From a virus (lineage: Duplodnaviria; Caudoviricetes), in the IMG/VR virus record IMGVR_UViG_3300043105_000117, positions 15,418 through 79,417 of that record: a stretch of DNA of 64,000 nt, one strand, 5' to 3'. Shown here piece by piece: positions 57,446 through 64,000 of this stretch. The notes beneath the pieces were generated by a model. It ran no database searches and was not told the DNA's origin. It saw only the letters and a program-made list of their open reading frames with translations. A program made the translations under genes and the position numbers. How positions within the stretch are numbered: the stretch's first letter is position 1; every line of letters starts with the position of its first letter.

Positions 57446-57450
57446 ACGAT

Positions 57451-57963
57451 ATGGAGCAGATATACGAGAAAAGAATCGGAAACTACATAATCCGTAACAT
57501 CAAGGAGAAGATGACGGACGTAGACATTGAGGGTCTTGACGGAGAGACAAGACACGTGGACGAGGTGGACATACATTTCATGCTCCTTACAACCACATCC
57601 GGAGCATTCCAGATGCAGTGGCGCGAGGATAGCCTCATGTATGCAATGCTTGACAACTTTCTCAATGATGAGGACCAGAGAGCACAGCTGGCCGTTCAGA
57701 TGGTGCTTCAAAATGCCTTTATTGTCGGCAACTCGTGCGATATCTCGCATATATTCAAGACAAAGGACGGCAAGGACGTGGTGGACGGGCTGCAACGCTC
57801 CGTAATGGATGCCATTACAGAGTACATGAAGCGGGTAAGTTCTTATGAGCCGGAGGACGGTGACGAGACTACCGAGTCCATTATTGACGAGATGAGACGC
57901 GCCTACTCTGCATCGACGACTCTCGACGAGATTACGGCACAGGTGGCCGAGAAAGAAAAATGA
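57451..57963 (+). CDS. acidic hypothetical protein
   Basis: ORF followed by terminator. Confidence 0.65.
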   Translation: MEQIYEKRIGNYIIRNIKEKMTDVDIEGLDGETRHVDEVDIHFMLLTTTSGAFQMQWREDSLMYAMLDNFLNDEDQRAQLAVQMVLQNAFIVGNSCDISHIFKTKDGKDVVDGLQRSVMDAITEYMKRVSSYEPEDGDETTESIIDEMRRAYSASTTLDEITAQVAEKEK

Positions 57964-58026
57964 TACTTTTTCCCGAACTCATATATATAGTTTAAATTCC
58001 ATTTATTAACTTTGAATAGTGTACGA

Positions 58027-58057
58027 GGGTCCTGACTGTGAAGCCGGGGCCCTTTTT
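58027..58057 (+). terminator. intrinsic terminator
   Basis: GGGTCCTG/CGGGGCCC stem plus TTTTT. Confidence 0.7.
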
Positions 58058-58068
58058 CATGTACGGGC

Positions 58069-58262
58069 AAAAAAAAAGGCAGTCCGCTGACTGCCCAAAG
58101 CTAATACACTAACTTATTATAACATGAAAACACACTAGCTTATATGAAGCTAAGAAATTAATATACACAAGCGTCTCACGACGCGACAAGTATAACCAAA
58201 AAAATGCCGAAATAAAACCAATATAATAGTCACCGCCACCGTCTATACGACGACAACCGATG
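58069..58262 (-). ncRNA. candidate sRNA A (about 195 nt)
   Basis: Promoter TTTG-N19-TATATTTG at 58299-58269; terminator GGGCAGTC/GACTGCC plus T9 at 58097-58069; no ORF. Confidence 0.55.
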
Positions 58263-58327
58263 ACACCACAAATATATGCGATAAAATTCCCAAAACAAAC
58301 AAATCTGCATTATTTTTTTCATAAATA

Positions 58328-58359
58328 TTTGGATATTAAAAATATACTTGATACATTTG
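58328..58359 (+). promoter_or_regulatory. Bacteroidales-type promoter without a downstream CDS
   Basis: TTTG-N20-TACATTTG. Confidence 0.65.
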
Positions 58360-58365
58360 TTCATC

Positions 58366-58492
58366 AACAAAGTGTTCTACAATCAACATATTCTATTGTT
58401 AGTGTATATTTTTGATTCGTGTGTATTTTAAGGGTTTTACGGTAAATGAGCAGAGGGGAGTTATACGTGATGTACGGCTCCCCTCTTGTTTT
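58366..58492 (+). ncRNA. candidate sRNA B (about 125 nt)
   Basis: Promoter above; terminator AGAGGGGAG/CTCCCCTCT plus TGTTTT. Confidence 0.45.
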
Positions 58493-58496
58493 GCTG

Positions 58497-58835
58497 CTAT
58501 TCCTGCGTGAACGGCAAGCATGTAAAATCATATTTGACGGTGTGGCCTCCGGCTTTCCGCAGTCGCACGTCCTGTATCTTGCACTGCTGTCTATATGGCC
58601 CGTTGCCATTAACGAACGCATACTGACCGATAAGGCTCTGCTTTCCGTAACGGTTGAACCACTTCTTTAGCAGTCTCCATTTCGGGCGAGTGATGTGCAT
58701 GCAGCGATAAGGCCTTGTATGTGGTTTAAGCAGACGTTCAAACCGTCTTGACTGCTTCTTGCCAAGCTCTGCGGCAAACTTGATGCCGGATGAATAATCA
58801 TTGAAATTCATGGTTTGTATTTTACTGTATGACAT
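58497..58835 (-). CDS. basic hypothetical protein
   Basis: ORF at the end of the minus operon. Confidence 0.55.
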   Translation of the reverse strand: MSYSKIQTMNFNDYSSGIKFAAELGKKQSRRFERLLKPHTRPYRCMHITRPKWRLLKKWFNRYGKQSLIGQYAFVNGNGPYRQQCKIQDVRLRKAGGHTVKYDFTCLPFTQE

Positions 58836-59152
58836 ACTTGATACTCATTGGTCTGGTGACTGAACGAGAGTTCAAGGCTATTGTAAGTTACGTCTACGGT
58901 GTTGAGGATGCGGGCAATGCTCTGTATGTTAAGTCCGAGATAGTGTTCCACGAACGCACGCATCTCATCCCTTCCCTTTATGCTTGTAAGGCGGCTGATT
59001 TCATCCTCCGCATACCATGAGCGCGACATGTCGTCCGTTTCTACAAGATAGTTCACTCTCCCGTCTGACTGCTTGATGCAGACGACAAGACCACAACAAC
59101 TCTTTGCCGAGATAACCACCGTATCTCCCACTTCATATTTGTATTTTTCCAT
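58808..59152 (-). CDS. SH3/KOW-like hypothetical protein
   Basis: KYEVGDTVVI...NYLVE; preceded by hairpin at 59168-59200. Confidence 0.55.
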   Translation of the reverse strand: MEKYKYEVGDTVVISAKSCCGLVVCIKQSDGRVNYLVETDDMSRSWYAEDEISRLTSIKGRDEMRAFVEHYLGLNIQSIARILNTVDVTYNSLELSFSHQTNEYQVCHTVKYKP

Positions 59153-59214
59153 GTGACTTAAAATTAAACCGGTCCGGAGATATTTCACCCCGGAGCCGGA
59201 TAAAACAACAATTA

Positions 59215-62200
59215 TCAATCAAAGAGCGTCTTTTGCATTGACTGCAACTCCGCTTTCTTAATATTCTTTACAGCCACATCGAAGTAGCTGTCCTTCAGCT
59301 CGCAACCGATACCGCGACGGTTATTCTTTACAGCCTCATAAACCTCAGAGCCGATACCGAGGAACGGAGTGAAAACAACCTCGCCCTCATTACTCCATAA
59401 ATTCACAAGTCGGTTAATGACCTCCAACTGCAACGGGCAGTTCTTTACGATGCAGCCCTCTGCCGTATATGAGTGGTCGTCTGCAACCTCTATATTGTAG
59501 ACATCGACGTTCTCTGCCGGAACCACATTCTTGACGGGCTTCCATGACTCGCCATCGCCAACCTTAGAGAAACAGTAATGCGGTGACAGTACTGCCTCCC
59601 ATTCCTGAGAACAATGTATCTCGCGACCGCGTATTTCTTTTGTGCGTTCTCCGCGACCTGCGTATAAAGATACTTCCTTGCCGTAAACCCTCTGCATTGG
59701 TATTGCCATACCGAGAATGAGTGCGCGTGATGCAGACGTGAACATAATCTTTCCGCTTTCAAGAAAACACCCGTCTCCTGATAGATAACCATCAGTGAAA
59801 GACTTGGCAAGTTCCTTATTCAGCGACATAGCCTCATACGGAACCACTTTATTCTTCGCACCCTTACCACAACGTGACAGTACATCGCGTGCCTCTTTGC
59901 TAAGATTGATAAGACCTACTTGGTAGCAATTGCAATCATCCGTATGGTCTGCAATGGCCCCGACATATCCGTCTGCCTTTTCAACAAACTCATCAAACTT
60001 TCGCTTGCCGACTGAGATGAAGTACTGATGTCCTCTTACGTCGATATGACCGTCAGCAATCCATCTGCCGATAATCCACCACTCCTTTGCAGAAATACTG
60101 CTCTCCACGACTGGTGGCAATATGAGATTCACATAACAACCCCTCAAATCCTGAGCTTCTATCCACTCTGACTTATCGGATGGCTCTCTGTGAGTAACCT
60201 CACGGGCACGACGCGCATATATCTTATGGTCTGGGGTGCAGATAAGGTTAGGTACGCCCTGAGCTACTACTTTAACAACTTCCGCATTCTCCTTTGTAAG
60301 AGCCTTTGCAACGATGGGCTTCCATACTCCCGTATGCGTGATAGTCTCATCGCCAATCTCTACATCCTCAATAGGAATATAACCTCTTTTGGTAAGTACC
60401 AAAGAACCTTTTGCAAGGCAGATATGTTTCTCGTCGCCCATTTGAGTGCCCTCCGAAGCGGTCAGAACATCGGTTCTTTTAATATCCATCCACACCGGAC
60501 TTGCCCACTTCTGCCATGTTTCAAGCGGGAAGTTGTCGCGGTTAAGGTTGGTGATAGGTTCCCAATCAGCCTCATCGCCCTCCCATTTCTTGAAAATGGT
60601 GATGTACTCGGCCATTCCTATGCCCGTCTTTGAAGAATCGGAAGTGACCTGTTTGTAGAGCAGTCTCTGTGTCTTTGTGCGCTGCATTTCAAGTACGGGG
60701 TCAGTCCATATCGTAACCTTTGAGTGCAGCTTGAAGCCCTCTTGAAGAACCGCTCTTGTATGCTCTCCCGTGAAGTCATACATACCCGTGTAACCTGACG
60801 AGTTCTTATATACACCGAGGTCTTTAGTGTGGCAGCACATCAGACGACCCGGCTTCAATATGCGATACAGCTCTTTCAGCAGGAACGCATATTGCTCAAA
60901 AAACTCCTCGTGGGACTCGTTATTGCCCATATCGTGTATGTAGTTGGAGTAAGTGAAGAGCGAACTGAAAGGCGGTGAGAAGATGATAAGGTCTACCGAG
61001 TTGTCCGGTATGCGCTTAATCTCTATTGTGGTATCACCTTTCATAAGGAAAACCTTGTCGTCCTTATACTCCTTGTACTCATAGTCGTTGAGCAGTCCGT
61101 AAGTGTGCTCATTTACGTTGCGGTTAATCTCCCGCTGCATTTCCTCAAATGCCTTTTGTTTCTTTTCTACGATTGTCTTAGCGTTAGCCATAGTGTCTGC
61201 AACAATTAAGTGAATATTTACATCCTCATTTCTTCCGAAGCGGTAAGAACGTCTTACCTGCTGATAGAAGTCCTCAAAAGAGAAGTCTGGCGCAACGAAA
61301 ATCTGCAAGCCGCACTTCTGAAAGTTCATACCAAAACCGCAAATCTTAGCCTTTGAGATAAGTATTCGGATTTTGCCGTCGGCAAAGTCGAGAAGTCTCT
61401 GTTCCTTAACCTCATCCTTATCACTGCCTCGCACCTCAACAGCTTCGGGAATCAGCTTACGCAGTCGGTCGCCCTCTTCATTCTGCTTAATCCAGATAAG
61501 AATCTGCTCATCGGGGTGCTCATTTACGATGTCAACGCAAGTCTGCAATCGTAAATCCATAGTGTTGCGAAGTTCTTGATTGAAGTTGGTAGCGTTCACG
61601 ATACCGCTTGCAAAGAGAAGTCCGTCTTTAGGCTTCGAGTTAACCTCGTGTTGCACGTAGTTAAGTGTCGGGAGGATATATTTCTCTCCGCTCTCCTTGA
61701 ACCCGATGTCGGCAGGGTTCTCAAACATGATGGCCCATGAAGCAATCCAACCATAAAAGTCTTTTGCCGCGTGACCTTTAAGACGGTAGTTGTTCATACC
61801 CTCCTCGCGCACGAACCATTTGGAGCGCATATCCTGCGCATCGAGCACATCGAGAAACTCCGAGTGGTTGCCAAGCTCGTTGAGGTCATTCGGTGACGGT
61901 GTTGCCGTACAGCATAACTTGTATGGAGTCTTGGCGAACTTGTCAATGAGTAATCTTTTGTAATGACCAGTAAAATTCTTCAAAAGAGAGCTATTGTGAA
62001 CTAATGCTCCGTTGATGGTAAAACTTGGATGTTGTTTGATGCTAAGGTCAACGAAATATAGCTGTCCTTCGGCATCCCGGTATTTATCCAATCTAATATC
62101 ATCTTGTTTGAGAATCTCAAAACTTTCCACCCTAAAGAAGTTAGCATCGCATCCTTCTTCGCATCCTGTTCCTTGCGAGAGTTGTGGCTGAATCCATCCA

Positions 62201-63345
62201 CTTCTATCGCTATCATCTCTTCGCAATTCGCTAAATCGACTTTGTAGCAAGTCGGATAGCCCTTCTTTCGCTTCCCCAGTGATATAGCATATTCCGCTAC
62301 CCATTTCTCTGACAAGACATCCTTTAGCAACCGCTGTGGCAATGTCATTCCGGTCCCATTTCCCCCACGCACTAAAGGTTTCCAATGCATTTCCTTTAGT
62401 TTCTTTGATATTTTCTCTCTCACTTCCAGAGATGATGTTGGGTTCAAATTGGTAATCATTTCCATGTGGGCTTTCGCTACTGGGTCGTCCGAGTGAAGCC
62501 ATGCCGAGATTTTCTTCCCTGTTTTCGCATGAACCTCCTTCGAGTGAACTTTCTCCTTTATTTCCGCTTGCGACATTCTCCACTTCGCTGAACAAGATGT
62601 CCCGCAAAATCTCTTCTTTAAGTCCGTTTTCCACTTCGGGTAGAAAGTCGCCCCGCACCACTCGCATCGCATAGGAAGTCTTTGCGATTCTGTCAGTAGG
62701 GCGTATTTGCTTCGCTGCGACCCACCCTCTTTGCGTGAAGAAGGGGTGTCTGGGTGAACAGATAATTTCTCTTCCATTGTATTTGAGTTTAACTGCATAT
62801 TTTACATTCTTCCGTTTAACTGATGTTATCACATCATCTCCAAAACAGTTAGTGACAATATCTCCAACCTTGCAATCGGAGATTGGTATAGAGATGGACT
62901 CTCCGTTTCTTTTTACTGTAATCTCCGTGTCGGGCGCAAAGCACTCATCGAGAACAACACCGACAAATTTGTCAATGTCTATATTCTCTATCTGTTCATA
63001 GTTGGTAATAGCAATCTGTGTTGCATCATCCATATCTTTGTATCGGACTACCTTATAGCCGAACTTTGCACCCTCCTGAATAGTCTGTCTGCTGACGGAC
63101 AGCGGAGCGAGAATTAGTACGGGCTTGCCCGTATGGTTTGCCACCTGCTGCGCCCATTCGAGTTGCATATTGGTCTTACCCAGACCGCATGAGGCGAAAA
63201 TCGCACCCTTACCCATCTTGCACATTCTTCTTACACAATACTGCTGGAAGTCGAAAAGCTGTGGGTTGATGTTTACAGGTTCAAAACCTGTCTCTTCCCG
63301 GTGGTAACGCTTTCGCTCCAATACATCTTCGTATGTCTTTGTCAT
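59215..63345 (-). CDS. SNF2-like helicase / N4C-N6A DNA methyltransferase fusion with two inteins
   Basis: CGLGKT, DE|SS, TATP, QVRRSYRFG helicase motifs; SPPF, TPFLGIGS methyltransferase motifs. Confidence 0.9.
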   Translation of the reverse strand: MTKTYEDVLERKRYHREETGFEPVNINPQLFDFQQYCVRRMCKMGKGAIFASCGLGKTNMQLEWAQQVANHTGKPVLILAPLSVSRQTIQEGAKFGYKVVRYKDMDDATQIAITNYEQIENIDIDKFVGVVLDECFAPDTEITVKRNGESISIPISDCKVGDIVTNCFGDDVITSVKRKNVKYAVKLKYNGREIICSPRHPFFTQRGWVAAKQIRPTDRIAKTSYAMRVVRGDFLPEVENGLKEEILRDILFSEVENVASGNKGESSLEGGSCENREENLGMASLGRPSSESPHGNDYQFEPNIISGSERENIKETKGNALETFSAWGKWDRNDIATAVAKGCLVREMGSGICYITGEAKEGLSDLLQSRFSELRRDDSDRSGWIQPQLSQGTGCEEGCDANFFRVESFEILKQDDIRLDKYRDAEGQLYFVDLSIKQHPSFTINGALVHNSSLLKNFTGHYKRLLIDKFAKTPYKLCCTATPSPNDLNELGNHSEFLDVLDAQDMRSKWFVREEGMNNYRLKGHAAKDFYGWIASWAIMFENPADIGFKESGEKYILPTLNYVQHEVNSKPKDGLLFASGIVNATNFNQELRNTMDLRLQTCVDIVNEHPDEQILIWIKQNEEGDRLRKLIPEAVEVRGSDKDEVKEQRLLDFADGKIRILISKAKICGFGMNFQKCGLQIFVAPDFSFEDFYQQVRRSYRFGRNEDVNIHLIVADTMANAKTIVEKKQKAFEEMQREINRNVNEHTYGLLNDYEYKEYKDDKVFLMKGDTTIEIKRIPDNSVDLIIFSPPFSSLFTYSNYIHDMGNNESHEEFFEQYAFLLKELYRILKPGRLMCCHTKDLGVYKNSSGYTGMYDFTGEHTRAVLQEGFKLHSKVTIWTDPVLEMQRTKTQRLLYKQVTSDSSKTGIGMAEYITIFKKWEGDEADWEPITNLNRDNFPLETWQKWASPVWMDIKRTDVLTASEGTQMGDEKHICLAKGSLVLTKRGYIPIEDVEIGDETITHTGVWKPIVAKALTKENAEVVKVVAQGVPNLICTPDHKIYARRAREVTHREPSDKSEWIEAQDLRGCYVNLILPPVVESSISAKEWWIIGRWIADGHIDVRGHQYFISVGKRKFDEFVEKADGYVGAIADHTDDCNCYQVGLINLSKEARDVLSRCGKGAKNKVVPYEAMSLNKELAKSFTDGYLSGDGCFLESGKIMFTSASRALILGMAIPMQRVYGKEVSLYAGRGERTKEIRGREIHCSQEWEAVLSPHYCFSKVGDGESWKPVKNVVPAENVDVYNIEVADDHSYTAEGCIVKNCPLQLEVINRLVNLWSNEGEVVFTPFLGIGSEVYEAVKNNRRGIGCELKDSYFDVAVKNIKKAELQSMQKTLFD
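59440..60420 (-). mobile_element. intein 2 (327 aa) with in-frame LAGLIDADG endonuclease
   Basis: HI|CLAKGS...TPDH...IIGRWIADG...DGYLSGDG...YNIEV...IVKN|CPLQ. Confidence 0.92.
61993..62943 (-). mobile_element. intein 1 (317 aa) in helicase Walker B
   Basis: DE|CFAPDT...SPRHPF...VDLSI...LVHN|SSLL; no in-frame endonuclease motif. Confidence 0.92.
62001..62798 (-). CDS. Zn-finger + Vsr/DUF559-like endonuclease, nested out of frame in intein 1
   Basis: CEWC...FCGTSC; YKVDLA...IAIEVDGFSH...DAKKDAMLTSLGWKVLRF; frame offset 1 nt from host gene. Confidence 0.85.
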   Translation of the reverse strand: MQLNSNTMEEKLSVHPDTPSSRKEGGSQRSKYALLTESQRLPMRCEWCGATFYPKWKTDLKKRFCGTSCSAKWRMSQAEIKEKVHSKEVHAKTGKKISAWLHSDDPVAKAHMEMITNLNPTSSLEVREKISKKLKEMHWKPLVRGGNGTGMTLPQRLLKDVLSEKWVAEYAISLGKRKKGYPTCYKVDLANCEEMIAIEVDGFSHNSRKEQDAKKDAMLTSLGWKVLRFSNKMILDWINTGMPKDSYISLTLASNNIQVLPSTEH

Positions 63346-63362
63346 CTTCTTAGAACAATTAA

Positions 63363-63436
63363 GGCGATAACGTAGGAGCTGTTCAGGTTAGACGCTACCT
63401 TGGGTACCTTTCGGTTTACCCGCTCCGTTTATCGCC
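63363..63436 (-). promoter_or_regulatory. long hairpin in 5' leader of helicase-MTase gene
   Basis: GGCGATAA/TTATCGCC and GGAGC/GCTCC stems. Confidence 0.45.
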
Positions 63437-63474
63437 AATATTTTTAATAAATATTCTGCATCTTTTGAACACCG

Positions 63475-63506
63475 CAAAGTTAATAAACATTGTTTATAAT
63501 TTGCAA
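63475..63506 (-). promoter_or_regulatory. promoter with spacer palindrome
   Basis: TTGC-N20-TAACTTTG; ATAAACA-t-TGTTTAT at 63483-97. Confidence 0.6.
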
Positions 63507-63554
63507 GCGAAATCCAATATTTTTTTGAAAATATTTTCAGATTAGTCAAAATCT

Positions 63555-64000
63555 CTAAAACAGAGATAATTGTGAACCCGATTCAGACTGCGACAGACCT
63601 AATATCTGGTCACAAATGAAGTTACGCGCATAATCCGAAGATATCATGGAACGTTCTTCCGAGCACACACCGGCTTTCGCGCTGCCTTTGCTCGACATAA
63701 TCTTCTTAATCTTCTTGTCTTTCTGATATGTAAAGCCGGTAGTCGGCTTACAGTTGACGAACCAATATGCCGTAGGCTTGACGTAGTAGTCACCACGACG
63801 GGAGCGGTCCTTATCAACGTAGCTTGGCGGCATGATAAAATTCGCTTTGAGATATGTCTGCTCATTCCAAGGGTTCTCGACAATCAATCGCAAACCTCTT
63901 TGGGAACAAACACAGAACATCTTTATCAGCACCGAGTAGAAGTATTCACGAGATTTGCTCCGGCTGAGAATCTTCTCTGTTTTCTCTGCCGTAGTCAGTT
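63555..64000 (-). CDS. C5 DNA methyltransferase-like protein, C-terminal part (5' end outside window)
   Basis: Frame open to the window edge; IVENP and KPTAYWF...RSMIS motifs. Confidence 0.55.
   Translation of the reverse strand, partial: LTTAEKTEKILSRSKSREYFYSVLIKMFCVCSQRGLRLIVENPWNEQTYLKANFIMPPSYVDKDRSRRGDYYVKPTAYWFVNCKPTTGFTYQKDKKIKKIMSSKGSAKAGVCSEERSMISSDYARNFICDQILGLSQSESGSQLSLF

Noticed and set aside
58446-58670. Plus-strand ORF after the orphan promoter
   Set aside because: Runs through a terminator and overlaps a convergent gene; an sRNA interpretation fits better.
1-64000. Stop-codon reassignment
   Set aside because: Long genes (TMP, TerL, portal) are intact in the standard code and TAA, TAG and TGA all end genes.
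1-64000. DGR, retron or IS element
   Set aside because: No reverse transcriptase, TR/VR pair or transposase was recognised.

Overview
The whole window reads as part of a large tailed dsDNA phage genome (siphovirus-like); no host genes are evident. Promoter consensus (TTTG-N19/20-TAnnTTTG) and gene families point to a Bacteroidales host. From left to right: (1) 0-15.9 kb, a + strand accessory/middle operon of short overlapping genes (DUF4494-like, dUTPase, HNH, YopX, ASCH, GNAT), with a highly structured 0.7 kb intergenic region at 467-1158. (2) 15.9-21.3 kb, packaging genes on - (terminase large subunit, portal, minor head protein). (3) 21.5-36.4 kb, divergent head-tail genes on + (Com-like Zn finger, scaffold, capsid, neck, tail tube, -1 frameshifting chaperone, 2735-aa tape measure), ending at a terminator with no tail-tip genes in the window. 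(4) 36.4-55 kb, a - strand array of about 37 mostly small early-type genes. Most are built as modules of stop codon, GC hairpin with a conserved loop, AT-rich leader and AGT-ATG, and one module carries a tyrosine recombinase. (5) 55.5-64 kb, an SF3/D5 helicase, a pair of divergent candidate sRNAs, and an SNF2-helicase/DNA-methyltransferase fusion with two inteins. One intein has a Vsr/DUF559-type endonuclease overprinted in an alternate reading frame. All family assignments come from motif recognition by eye; no database searches were run.
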